Below, piece after piece: positions 34,975 to 44,120 of a stretch of 64,000 nt of DNA. Position 1 is the stretch's first letter; each line of letters opens with the position of its first letter. This DNA is from an uncultured Allofournierella sp. GTDB taxonomy: Bacteria > Bacillota > Clostridia > Oscillospirales > Ruminococcaceae. The position numbers and the translations under genes are program-made. The stretch lies in the NCBI RefSeq assembly GCF_944382705.1, contig NZ_CALWNE010000046.1; one strand, 5' to 3'. The notes below the pieces were generated by a model. It was not told where the DNA came from, did not search any database, and saw only the letters and a program-made list of their open reading frames with translations.

Positions 34975-35103
34975 AAACTGCTTTTGGTAAGAGTTGAGGG
35001 TACAGACCTGGCTGACAGGCAGCGCTGTAATCCGCTGCACAGCGTTCCCAGTAAAGGGGATGGATGTGGAGTACCACTAGAATCGAACGCATTAAGAAAC
35101 AAT

Positions 35104-35146
35104 GAAAGGGCTTGTTGTCTGCAATTCACAGACAACAAGCCCTTTC
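35104..35146. terminator. perfect 18-bp stem hairpin between the convergent EFR1 gene and the small ORF
   Basis: gaaagggcttgttgtctg (35104-35121), loop caattca, cagacaacaagccctttc (35129-35146). A T-rich tail is seen only on the minus strand (attgtttctt). Confidence 0.55.
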
Positions 35147-35239
35147 GGCTGCTTAAACAATCTCCACCTTAAAATAGTGTTTAATTTTGCGGGCAGCGCA
35201 GAACGGGATTGATGTGATGTTTTTTTGATGAAACCGCAG

Positions 35240-35446
35240 TTATTTACCCGCCAAAAGAAGCTGCTGTTCGATGAGCTGGCTGGCAAGGGTAAAAGCCTGA
35301 ATGCGCCGCTGGGCCAGCGTAATTTGGGATTTGCAACGGCTGGGCTGCTCCTTGCTTTGCAGGGTGTGCAGGGTTTGATGCAGTTTGTGTATGGTGGAGT
35401 CGACTTGGCGTTTGGCTTCGGTGAGTTCCTGTTGTGTGTAGTTCAT
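35240..35446 (-). CDS. small helical hypothetical protein (68 aa)
   Basis: MNYTQQELTEAKRQVDSTIHKLHQTLHTLQSKEQPSRCKSQITLAQRRIQAFTLASQLIEQQ. GGAGAA RBS 8 nt upstream. I prefer it to the antisense 85-aa ORF, which is Gly/Leu-rich and lacks an RBS. Confidence 0.5.
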   Translation of the reverse strand: MNYTQQELTEAKRQVDSTIHKLHQTLHTLQSKEQPSRCKSQITLAQRRIQAFTLASQLIEQQLLLAGK

Positions 35447-35662
35447 GCAGTGGTTCTCCTGAATAGCGTGAAAGAAGTTTAAAGGCGGGAAAGCAGACAG
35501 CAGAACCATGGGCGGCAAAACTGACTGTTTACCCGCAACAGCAGAGAACAGTATAGCATAAGCGGGGAGGATAATCCATCCTCGACACAATGCGGCGGCG
35601 GTTTTTTAAAAGATATGCTACACTATTGTGCAGTGAAAACCACGAAAGGAGTGAGCTGCCGG

Positions 35663-36751
35663 ATGGCAGATTTGCTGGATTATCTGCGCTGGCGGGGAGA
35701 TTTAACCTTACAGCAGGACCCCTTTGGCGAGGTAGATGCCTTGGTCTTGGCGCGGATTTCGTACCTGCCCTTTAAACGGGTGTTTGCCCGCTGTACCCAG
35801 CCGCCCGTCTCTTTAAAAAAGGCGGTAGCCCGGCTTAAAGCAGCGCACCGCCAAAGCCCATGCCTCAGCCGCGAGGATGAGCGGTTGGTGGAACTGCTGG
35901 GCCAAAGCCCTCGGTTTTACACCATGGGGATTGGGTGCCATGTGGACATACTGAGAGAAAAACAGCAGATGCAGTTTTCTGCCAGTACCTTTTGGCTGGG
36001 AGATGGGCGGCTGTATATCGCCTTTCGAGGAACAGATGACACCTTGATTGGCTGGAAGGAAAATTTCAACATGACCTTTATCTGCCCGGTGCCTTCCCAG
36101 AAAGCGGCGGTGCGGTATCTGCACTGGGTAGCAGAGCGCACCAGGGAGCCGCTTTTGCTGGGCGGGCACTCAAAAGGCGGAAACCTGGCCATGTTTGCAG
36201 CTTCTTTTTGCAGTCAATCCATCTGCCGCCGCATTCAGATAATACACAATTTTGATGGGCCTGGGTTTGATTGCACCATTCTGGAAAGGGAGGGGTATAA
36301 ACAGATGTGCGGGCGGATGCAGACCTATCTGCCCCAGGCTTCGGTGGTGGGGCTGATGTTCCAGCATGGGGAGCCGTACAGGGTAGTGCAGAGCAGCCAA
36401 ACCACAGAATACTTGCAGCACGACATTGGTTCCTGGATGGTGGATCGAAACCGATTTTGTTACAAAAATGAGCTGAGCAACGGCAGCAGACTGGTAGACC
36501 GAACCCTGAAAGGCTGGCTGGAGGAGATGGACACCCGCCAGCGTCAGTTGTTTGTGGATACCATTTACCAGGTGCTTGCCCAAAGTAAGCTGCAACGATT
36601 TTTGGCACCAGAGCAGGATTGGGGCCTGGTTATAAAAAATCTGGTTTGCACCATAGGTAAATTGGATGGGGAAACCCGAAAGGCGGTATCCCGCTGTGGA
36701 GTGCTGCTGGTAAAGAACATCCATAAAAACATAGGGCTTTTTGGGCCTTGA
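35663..36751 (+). CDS. DUF2974 (Mbeg1-like) alpha/beta-hydrolase-fold protein
   Basis: MADLLDYLRWRGDLTLQQDPFGEVDALVLARISYLPF start, ...IAFRGTDDTLIGWKENF... and the nucleophile elbow GHSKGGNLA. Confidence 0.75.
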   Translation: MADLLDYLRWRGDLTLQQDPFGEVDALVLARISYLPFKRVFARCTQPPVSLKKAVARLKAAHRQSPCLSREDERLVELLGQSPRFYTMGIGCHVDILREKQQMQFSASTFWLGDGRLYIAFRGTDDTLIGWKENFNMTFICPVPSQKAAVRYLHWVAERTREPLLLGGHSKGGNLAMFAASFCSQSICRRIQIIHNFDGPGFDCTILEREGYKQMCGRMQTYLPQASVVGLMFQHGEPYRVVQSSQTTEYLQHDIGSWMVDRNRFCYKNELSNGSRLVDRTLKGWLEEMDTRQRQLFVDTIYQVLAQSKLQRFLAPEQDWGLVIKNLVCTIGKLDGETRKAVSRCGVLLVKNIHKNIGLFGP

Positions 36752-36891
36752 GTGCGGGTTATCCCTTGGCTTAAAAAGTGCGTGCCGAAGCCGGGGAAAG
36801 CCAGGAGATTGTAAACGATGAAAGCTTAGAATGGTTGCCCTTTGCCTGAATTCATGATACACTAGAAGCAAACTACAGGGAGGGCGTGACT

Positions 36892-37872
36892 ATGTCAACC
36901 AAAGAACGGCTGCTGAATTTGCTGGAGCAGCACAGGGGCAGTTATTGTTCGGGCCAGCAGATTGCCCAGGAACTGGGTATCTCCCGTGCAGCGGTGTGGA
37001 AAGCCGTGAAAGCCTTGGAACAGCAGGGCTATGCCATTGATGCAGTATCCAACAGGGGGTATTGCCTGGCCCAGTGGACCGATGTGCTCTCTGCCCAGGG
37101 GATTCGTCGGCATCTGCCTGCTGAGTTGGAAGGGCTTGAGGTGCTGGTGGAACATACAGTGGATTCCACCAACAGCCAGCTGCGCCGTCAGGCCAACGAG
37201 GGTGCGCCGGAGGGCCGGGTGCTGGTGGCCAGCCAGCAAACCCAAGGCAGGGGCCGACTGGGCCGAAATTTCTTTTCCCCCAAGGATACAGGGATTTACA
37301 TGAGTATTCTGCTGCGGCCCCAAGGATGGGATGCACAGCGGGCAGGCAGCCTTACCACCATGGCAGCAGTGGCGGTATGCCGGGCTATCCGCCAGGTGAG
37401 CGGACGACAGGCGCAAATCAAATGGGTGAATGATGTTTATCTAGAAGGCAAAAAGGTGTGCGGTATTCTTACCGAGGGCGGGATAAACCTGGAAAATGGT
37501 CAGCTGGACTATGCCGTGCTGGGAGTTGGCATTAATGCCTACGCCCCCCCAGAAGGTTTTCCGCAGGAATTGCAGTCTTTGGCAGGGGCGGTATTTACCC
37601 AAACAGAAAGCGATGGAAAAAACCGTTTGGCAGCAGCTTTTTTGCAGGAGTTTTACAGCCTGTATCAGCATGGTGACCCCCAGGCCCATGTGGAGGAATA
37701 CCGGACAAACAGCCTGGTAATTGGCCGAAAGGTGAATCTGGTACAGCCCGGCGGCAGCCGTTTGGCCAAGGTGCTGGATATTGATGAGGAGTGCAGGCTG
37801 GTGGTGGAGTACCCGGATGGAACCCATGAGCGGGTGAGTACCGGAGAAATCAGTTTGCGTTTGGCAGATTGA
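36892..37872 (+). CDS. birA: bifunctional biotin-[acetyl-CoA-carboxylase] ligase / repressor
   Basis: N-terminal wHTH ...CSGQQIAQELGISRAAVWKAVKALEQQGY... and the ligase motif ...QTQGRGRLGRNFFSP... . 326 aa from ATG 36892. Confidence 0.9.
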   Translation: MSTKERLLNLLEQHRGSYCSGQQIAQELGISRAAVWKAVKALEQQGYAIDAVSNRGYCLAQWTDVLSAQGIRRHLPAELEGLEVLVEHTVDSTNSQLRRQANEGAPEGRVLVASQQTQGRGRLGRNFFSPKDTGIYMSILLRPQGWDAQRAGSLTTMAAVAVCRAIRQVSGRQAQIKWVNDVYLEGKKVCGILTEGGINLENGQLDYAVLGVGINAYAPPEGFPQELQSLAGAVFTQTESDGKNRLAAAFLQEFYSLYQHGDPQAHVEEYRTNSLVIGRKVNLVQPGGSRLAKVLDIDEECRLVVEYPDGTHERVSTGEISLRLAD

Positions 37873-37904
37873 CTGGCACAGAAGGCATTTAACTAACAGA
37901 CAGC

Positions 37905-37951
37905 AAAAGCCCCACCGAAGCAGGAGTGCAGACGGTGGGGCTTTGTTGTTT
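37905..37951 (+). terminator. rho-independent terminator after birA
   Basis: aaagccccaccg (37906-37917) pairs with cggtggggcttt (37932-37943), followed by gttgtttg. Confidence 0.6.
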
Positions 37952-38114
37952 GCGGTGCAAGGGTGTACCCATGCCTGCAAACAGAGAACTATGGAAAGGT
38001 AAGTAACAAAACAAGGGGAAAAACTAGCCTCGGCGCACCAAGACGCAGAACTTTACCGGGCGGCGCCACCTGGTACCTGCCTGCTGCGTGCAGCAGTGTG
38101 TGCCGAAGGAAGAA

Positions 38115-38810
38115 TCAGTTCCGTTTGATGGACAAAATCTCATTGGCCAAATCGGACTGAATGGGGAATTCACTCCCGATGTAGCTGGCCAGAAAGGTTT
38201 TCATGCTATTGCGGCTGTACCGGTTTCCGTGGATAATCTGGCCCAAACGGCGAACGGTTTTTTCCACCGTGTCGTTAATCAGGATATAGTCATACTGCTC
38301 GGCACAGAGCACCTCCTCCTGTGCGGTGCTCAACTGCTCCTGAATCTGCGCTTCGCTCCGTGTGCTGCCTTGGCGCAGCCGCTGCTCCAGCTCGCTCCAG
38401 GAGGGGGGCATGATGAAAATCAAGGTAGCATCCGGGCAGAAGGTGCGTACCTTCATGGCACCAATGACATCAATGTCCAAAATCACATTGCGGCCGGCTT
38501 TGCGCAGACTTTCCACTGCATTGCGGGGAGTGCCGTAGCCAATGCCGTTCTTGTAGCCGTATTCCAGCAGTTGATTGGTGCGAATCAGCCGGTCGAATTC
38601 ATCGTGGGTTACAAAATAGTGGTCGTCGCCGTCTTCTTCATCTGGGCGCTGGGGGCGGGTGGTAACGGTAACGCACTTACAGGCGTTGGGGTGCTGGGCG
38701 ATGTATTCGCGAATTACGGTGCTTTTGCCCACGCCATTGGGGCCGGAGATGATGACCAACTGGCCATATTCTGCGATTTTATCAAAATAGGATTTGTTGT
38801 TGCTCGTCAT
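38115..38810 (-). CDS. guanylate kinase family protein with about 35-aa C-terminal extension
   Basis: P-loop ...ISGPNGVGKST..., ...TTRPQRPDEEDGDDYHF-type segment (VTTRPQRPDEEDGDDHYFV), ...YGYKNGIGYGT... . 231 aa, not in the usual gmk-rpoZ context. Confidence 0.75.
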   Translation of the reverse strand: MTSNNKSYFDKIAEYGQLVIISGPNGVGKSTVIREYIAQHPNACKCVTVTTRPQRPDEEDGDDHYFVTHDEFDRLIRTNQLLEYGYKNGIGYGTPRNAVESLRKAGRNVILDIDVIGAMKVRTFCPDATLIFIMPPSWSELEQRLRQGSTRSEAQIQEQLSTAQEEVLCAEQYDYILINDTVEKTVRRLGQIIHGNRYSRNSMKTFLASYIGSEFPIQSDLANEILSIKRN

Positions 38811-38966
38811 AATGGGAAACCACCTTTCTTAGATAACTGGGAGTATGGGTCCCTGTACCTATATTATGATACTTGATTTGTGAAAAGTCAATAAAATATT
38901 TTTTAAAATAGAATAATATTAGAGTGAAAAGCATATAAAATCGCTGGAAATAATGCGTCCAACCAG

Positions 38967-39020
38967 CTTAAAACAAACAGAAAAACACCCGCAAACCCCA
39001 GGGGGCATTGCGGGTGTTTT
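38967..39020 (-). terminator. rho-independent terminator after the NUDIX gene
   Basis: aaacacccgcaa (38983-38994) pairs with ttgcgggtgttt (39008-39019). ttttctgtttgttt follows on the minus strand. Confidence 0.7.
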
Positions 39021-39044
39021 GATACGGTGCGTGGAAAGTTTGCC

Positions 39045-39515
39045 TTAGGCAAGGGGGAGAGGGCTTCCGTTCAGGATAGCCTGGCACAGGTGCGGGCCCT
39101 GGTAGCGCAGGGTGAGCAGAAAGAAGGGTTGCCCCTGCGCCAACAGTTTTAAGAAGATTCGGTCACCTTCCCAGAGGGGAAGCTCCGGAACCTGGCTTTT
39201 GTGCACCCACTGAAGCTGACCTTCGGCACAGTCCTGTACAGTGCCGGAAAAACCACAGCTGGTAAACAGGTGCATATATTCCGTAGGCCATTCATCGGAA
39301 ACAAAGGTTACAATCCCCCGGCACTGCCAGCTGTTCAGGGTAAGACCTGTTTCTTCGGTTACTTCTCGCCGCAGACATTCGTCTGGGCTCTCTCCGGGTT
39401 CAAATTTGCCGCCCACGCCAATCCACTTGCCTGCGTTAGGGTCCTGGTTCTTTTTGGTGCGGTGCAGCATCAAATAACAATCGTTTTGCTCAATGTAGCA
39501 TAGGGTAGTGTTCAT
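39045..39515 (-). CDS. NUDIX hydrolase (MutT/8-oxo-dGTPase-like)
   Basis: Start at MNTTLCYIEQ. Nudix box GVGGKFEPGESPDECLRREVTEETGL. Confidence 0.85.
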   Translation of the reverse strand: MNTTLCYIEQNDCYLMLHRTKKNQDPNAGKWIGVGGKFEPGESPDECLRREVTEETGLTLNSWQCRGIVTFVSDEWPTEYMHLFTSCGFSGTVQDCAEGQLQWVHKSQVPELPLWEGDRIFLKLLAQGQPFFLLTLRYQGPHLCQAILNGSPLPLA

Positions 39516-39534
39516 GCTTGTTGCCCTCTGACAG

Positions 39535-42042
39535 TTATACAGGCGCTTTGCCAAATACAATGCCCACCAGCTTGCGTTTTACACGCTTTAAAAAAGACTT
39601 TGTGGAGCGAACGGAAGCTTTGGCAAGAGAAACGGATAAACGCAGTATGTACCGGCCTCCACGCCAAAGGATACGCAGAATGGATTTGGCAGAGGACTTG
39701 ATGCAGCGCAGACCTCGTTTGAAAAAGCAGAGGAACTGTACGCCCTTGCGATAAAAGAAGGAGCAGCCTTTTTCCAGCCACAACAAAATCTGAAGCAACA
39801 GGCAGAGGAAGGTGGGTTTTCCGGCCGTAAGGAGCAATTGGTTTTGCTGCTTCAAACGCAGGGTTTCCTGCTGCAATTCTTTAATTTGCAAGCCCCGCTC
39901 GGCATTTTCGTCGTAGGTTTTTTGGAGCTTGGCCCGCAATTCCTTGAGCTGAATGCCCCGCTCGGCTTTTTCGTCGTAGGTTTTTTGCAGTTTGGCCCGC
40001 AATTCCTTGAGCTGAACGCCTCGCTCAGCCTTTTCATCGTAGGTTTTTTGCAGCAGTTTCTGTTTTTGGAAACAATCCACTCGAAAGGAAGCAGGTGCAA
40101 TTACAAGGGTGGAAAATTCCATGGCCTCCGTCAGAGGCAGGTAGCAGTACAAAAAGTTTTCTGCAAAGGACAAATTTGCATAAATGCGAATGGCATTTTG
40201 CAGCAAACGATGCATGAAATGCCGCACATAGTAAGACTGGGTATCGCTCCAGTTGGTCTGGTTTTCAAATCGATGCACCAGCTCAGTATAAGACCGATAG
40301 TATCCATAGCTGTGAGCAAAGCTAGCCTGCTGGGTCATGATTGAATTTTTACGGTATCTCCGCTTGAAGTAGCAGTTGGGTACCCAGGCGGTTTTGGGGG
40401 CACAGCACATGGAAATGCAGGTAAAGAAGTTATCCTCATGCAGGATGCGGGGAATAAACCAGAGATTCAGCTCCTGCCAGTAGCTGCGGCGGATAAACTG
40501 CAAGCAGCAGGAGGAATAGAGCTCGCGGTTTGATTCCATTGCGGCCAGCATATCAATACCGGGGCGGGCCTGGGAATAATCGTTCCGGCGGTGGTATAAA
40601 TGGATGTTGTTGCGCACAAACTGCTCCTCTACCTCGGGGTCATCGCTGAAGCAATCCGCATCAAAGTAAATAATGGACAAATCCTCGGCGCAGGCCTTGC
40701 GGTACAATTCCTCCAGTGCTTCACTGCTGAGGATATCGTCTCCATCCATAAAATAAATATATTCACCACAGGCTTCCTTCAGGCCATGGTTGCGGGCAAC
40801 GGAAAGTCCGCTGTTCTTTTGGGAGATTACCGTAAACCGGCTATCACGCCGGGCGTAATCCAGGGCGATTTCCAGGCTTTGGTCCTCGGAACCATCGTTC
40901 ACACAAATAATTTGAATGTTTTTGAGGGTTTGGTTGACAATGCTGTCCAAACAGGGCTTGAGGTACTCTCCGATGTTATAGATAGGGACAATTACAGATA
41001 CAGCATAGGGTTGATTGGTGCATCTTTGCAAGCACTCATATACAGTGGAATACTGCTTCAGCAAGCCGTTTTGCCGGACAGTATCCATCTGTAAGACCAG
41101 ATCTTTAATTTTTTTATAGTTTTCCGAAAAATCGGCGTAAAACTCCGCCGGTTCATTTAAGAGATCCTTCCATAGAAAATCCAGTTCTGCCAGCGCAGAA
41201 AGGATTTTTTGACGAGGGATGATTTCTGTCATGGTGTTCAGGTTGAACAGGATGCCGGAGAAAAACAGCTTGCAATAACTCTTTTTCAGCAGAGGGAACA
41301 ACTGGTGCTGCTGAAGAGTGTGATAGATGGCCGCATAGGCTTGCACAAAGCAGCATGGATTCTTTGCTTTACCGCTTTGGATATTGCCGCCTTGCCCGAT
41401 TCGGTAATTGGTGAAGGGAAGGTTTACCCAGGTGATGCGCTCCGCCAATGCCAGGGCGCACATGGTAAAATAGACATCGTTGGAGTTTTGCAGCGGCTGA
41501 AATTGTAGTTGTTGAGCCAGAATAAAGGAACGGCGGAACGCTTTGGTCCAGGGAGCAGGGGTGGTGATGGTAAGCAGGTTGTCCGGCAAATCGTTTCGAT
41601 TGAATACGGTGCGCTCGCCAATTAAATCTTTGCGCAGGTAGCTGGGCATATCCCGATATTCCTGTTTGACATGATGATAGGTGCGGCCGCCAAACAAAAC
41701 CACATCAGCATCCTGCTGCGTGGCTTGCTCATAGACAGCTTGGAGCATTTGGGGTTCAAAAAAATCGTCGGAATCCAAAAAGATTACATACTCGCCCTGG
41801 GCAACTTCCAGGCCCTTGTTGCGGGCAACGCCTGCGTACAGGTTTTTTTGTTTGATAACACGAATTCGGGAATCCTTGTTCTGGTACTGTTCCAGCAGCT
41901 CTAAAGAACCATCGGTGGAGCCATCGTCCACACAGATAATCTCAAAGTTTTGAAGGGTTTGCGCAAGGATGCTGTCAAGGCATTGGCCAAGATAGGGTGC
42001 AGTGTTATACACGGGAAGAATAACAGAAACATTTAGCTGCAT
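39535..42042 (-). CDS. two-domain family 2 glycosyltransferase with C-terminal repeat-containing coiled coil and basic amphipathic tail
   Basis: GT-A domain 1: VSVILPVYNTAPYLGQCLDSILAQTLQNFEIICVDDGSTDGS...LDSDDF. Domain 2: VSVIVPIYNIGEYLKPCLDSIVNQTLKNIQIICVNDGSEDQS...MDGDD. Then 3 x 21-aa repeats and a Lys/Arg-rich tail. Confidence 0.85.
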   Translation of the reverse strand: MQLNVSVILPVYNTAPYLGQCLDSILAQTLQNFEIICVDDGSTDGSLELLEQYQNKDSRIRVIKQKNLYAGVARNKGLEVAQGEYVIFLDSDDFFEPQMLQAVYEQATQQDADVVLFGGRTYHHVKQEYRDMPSYLRKDLIGERTVFNRNDLPDNLLTITTPAPWTKAFRRSFILAQQLQFQPLQNSNDVYFTMCALALAERITWVNLPFTNYRIGQGGNIQSGKAKNPCCFVQAYAAIYHTLQQHQLFPLLKKSYCKLFFSGILFNLNTMTEIIPRQKILSALAELDFLWKDLLNEPAEFYADFSENYKKIKDLVLQMDTVRQNGLLKQYSTVYECLQRCTNQPYAVSVIVPIYNIGEYLKPCLDSIVNQTLKNIQIICVNDGSEDQSLEIALDYARRDSRFTVISQKNSGLSVARNHGLKEACGEYIYFMDGDDILSSEALEELYRKACAEDLSIIYFDADCFSDDPEVEEQFVRNNIHLYHRRNDYSQARPGIDMLAAMESNRELYSSCCLQFIRRSYWQELNLWFIPRILHEDNFFTCISMCCAPKTAWVPNCYFKRRYRKNSIMTQQASFAHSYGYYRSYTELVHRFENQTNWSDTQSYYVRHFMHRLLQNAIRIYANLSFAENFLYCYLPLTEAMEFSTLVIAPASFRVDCFQKQKLLQKTYDEKAERGVQLKELRAKLQKTYDEKAERGIQLKELRAKLQKTYDENAERGLQIKELQQETLRLKQQNQLLLTAGKPTFLCLLLQILLWLEKGCSFFYRKGVQFLCFFKRGLRCIKSSAKSILRILWRGGRYILRLSVSLAKASVRSTKSFLKRVKRKLVGIVFGKAPV
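39868..40056 (-). repeat. 3 x 63-bp in-frame tandem repeat encoding (K/L)LQKTYDE(K/N)AERG-Q(L/I)KEL(RA/QQ)
   Basis: The units 40056-39994, 39993-39931 and 39930-39868 differ at only a few positions when read side by side. Confidence 0.9.
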
Positions 42043-42201
42043 TGAAAGATTCCGTCCTTTTTGTGTTTTTGGGAGTTACCGCTCACCTGACCGCAGATAA
42101 CGCCTCGGTACAGGATGATTTCCGCATGGGTAAACTACATGAAGAATTGCCGGTTCAAATACACTTGAATCGGCAATCTGCTCAGTTCTTATTTAAAGTT
42201 A

Positions 42202-42231
42202 ATTATAATGTTTTTTGTCAGATAAAGTCAA
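42202..42231 (-). promoter_or_regulatory. candidate promoter of the double-GT2 gene (TTGACT-18-TATAAT)
   Basis: Minus strand: TTGACT (42226-42231), 18 nt spacer, TATAAT (42202-42207). About 150 nt leader. Confidence 0.5.
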
Positions 42232-42266
42232 GATAGAACGACCTGACCAAAGATTAATAGGACTGC

Positions 42267-43796
42267 TTACTGGTCGTACCAATAGGTGCGATCCATGCTT
42301 CGGTATTGCAGCGCTTCTGCCAGGTGTGCAGCTTGGATTTGGGGGCTGCCTGCCAAATCGGCAATGGTGCGGCTTACCTTCAGGATGCGATCGTAGGCAC
42401 GGGCGGAAAGGCCCAGACTGTCGAAAGCTTTGTGAAGCATGGCGGCGGCGGTGCTGTCCAGCTGGCATACCTGCCGAATTCCCCGGCTGGTAAGGTGAGC
42501 GTTGCACAAAACCCCGGTGGTCTCGTACCGCTGCTGCTGGATGGCACGGGCAGCCATGACCCGCTCCAGGATAGCCTGGCTGGACTCTCCTGCCTGGCTG
42601 CTGCTAATTTCCTCGTACAGAACCGGGCTAACCTCCACATGCAGGTCGATGCGGTCCAACAAAGGGCCGGAGATACGCTGGCGATACCGATCCACCGCAC
42701 TGGGGGTACAGGTGCAGGCCCGTGTGGGATGACCGAAATACCCGCATTTACAGGGGTTCATGGCGGCCAGCAGCAAAAACTGGCTGGGATAGGTGGCACT
42801 GCCGCTGGCCCGGCTGATGGTAACCACCCCATCCTCCACCGGTTGGCGCAGCACCTCCAGGGTATCCCGGCTGAATTCCGGAAGTTCATCCAAAAACAGC
42901 ACTCCGTTGTGGGCAAGGCTCACCTCACCGGGGCGGATGTGCGCACCGCCGCCAGCCAGGGCGGCACAGCTTACGCTATGATGCGGGCTGCGGAAGGGCC
43001 GGCAGGTGAGCAGACCGGAACCGGAAGGAAGCAAGCCGGCTACAGAATAAATTTTAGTGGTATCCACGGCTTCCTGCCGGGTAAGGGGCGGAAGGATGCC
43101 CGGCATTCGCTTGGCAAGCATGGATTTGCCGGTGCCCGGAGGGCCCAACAGCAGCACATTGTGCATACCCGCAGCGGCAATTTCCAGTGCCCGGCGGGCT
43201 GCCAGCTGGCCCTTTACATCGGCAAAATCCGGCACATCCAGGGCCGAGCCAGCAAAGAAATCCGGACAGGGGACCGGCTGCAAAGGTTTTTCTCCCGTGA
43301 GGTGCTCCACCACTTCCCGGGCAGTATTGGCGGCATAAACGGTGAGGCTGCCTGCACTGGCGGCTTCTGCTGCATTTTGGGCAGGCACAAACAGCTGGGT
43401 AATGCCCGCCTCGGCCGCCGCAAGGGCCATGGGCAGAATGCCGGTGATGGGCCGCAGACTGCCATCCAGCGAAAGCTCGCCCACAAAGGCCAGGTGGTCT
43501 GGCAAGGGGGCCAGCTGGCCAGCGGCGCACAGCAGGGCAAGAAAAACCGGCAGGTCATATACGGGGCCGGTTTTGCGCAGATGCGCCGGGGCCAGATTAA
43601 CGGTAATACGGCTGGCTGGCCAGGCAAACCCAAGGTTCTTGATGGCGCTGCGCACCCGGTCGGCTGCTTCTTTTACGGCGCTGTCTGGAAGGCCCACGAT
43701 GGAAAATTGCGGCAATCCGCCGCTGATGTCCGCTTCGGCAGTTACAGCAAAGCCGGAAAGACCATTTACTCCAAAACTTTGTATCTTTGCAAACAT
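42267..43796 (-). CDS. YifB/ComM-family Mg-chelatase-like AAA+ ATPase
   Basis: MFAKIQSFGVNGLSGFAVTAEADISGGLPQFSIVGLPDSAVKEA (Lon-like N-domain), Walker A GPPGTGKSM, ...VLFLDELPEF... . 509 aa. Confidence 0.9.
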   Translation of the reverse strand: MFAKIQSFGVNGLSGFAVTAEADISGGLPQFSIVGLPDSAVKEAADRVRSAIKNLGFAWPASRITVNLAPAHLRKTGPVYDLPVFLALLCAAGQLAPLPDHLAFVGELSLDGSLRPITGILPMALAAAEAGITQLFVPAQNAAEAASAGSLTVYAANTAREVVEHLTGEKPLQPVPCPDFFAGSALDVPDFADVKGQLAARRALEIAAAGMHNVLLLGPPGTGKSMLAKRMPGILPPLTRQEAVDTTKIYSVAGLLPSGSGLLTCRPFRSPHHSVSCAALAGGGAHIRPGEVSLAHNGVLFLDELPEFSRDTLEVLRQPVEDGVVTISRASGSATYPSQFLLLAAMNPCKCGYFGHPTRACTCTPSAVDRYRQRISGPLLDRIDLHVEVSPVLYEEISSSQAGESSQAILERVMAARAIQQQRYETTGVLCNAHLTSRGIRQVCQLDSTAAAMLHKAFDSLGLSARAYDRILKVSRTIADLAGSPQIQAAHLAEALQYRSMDRTYWYDQ

Positions 43797-43995
43797 GGCA
43801 AAACTCCTGTTCCCCTGCCCGTTTCAGGGCAGATACGGTACCTTTTGGTTAATTAAAGTATAACGCCCCTTGCCAATGTACACAAGGGCAAAGGGCAGGG
43901 AATAAAAAGGATTGCATCGTTTGAACAGGGCGGCCCGCTGCACCGGAACAGCAGCCGATAAAAAACAAAACAGCAGCGGGAGCTGGCCAGGTGAC

Positions 43996-44024
43996 TTGCA
44001 CAAATAAAAACGCTATATTATAAT
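43996..44024 (+). promoter_or_regulatory. promoter of the phosphoglucomutase gene (TTGCAC-17-TATAAT)
   Basis: Hexamers at 43996-44001 and 44019-44024 with a 17-nt spacer. Confidence 0.55.
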
Positions 44025-44120
44025 GCAACTATACGGACTGAAAAATAACAATCTGCCACGGTCCGCATTTATGAAGATTTTGCCCCCAAACCAAAATTTA
44101 TCAAGGAGCAGGTGTTTGCA

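Noticed and set aside
35065-35170. Possible tRNA gene on the minus strand (ggtggag...ttcgattc...ctccaca).
   Set aside because: The T-stem does not pair. The central stem is 18 bp, far too long for an anticodon arm. The loop lacks U33 and the acceptor has a terminal mismatch. It does not fold as a tRNA.
35225-35482. 85-aa plus-strand ORF opposite the 68-aa helical ORF.
   Set aside because: It has Gly/Leu/Ala-rich composition, no RBS, and it overlaps the better-supported minus-strand ORF.
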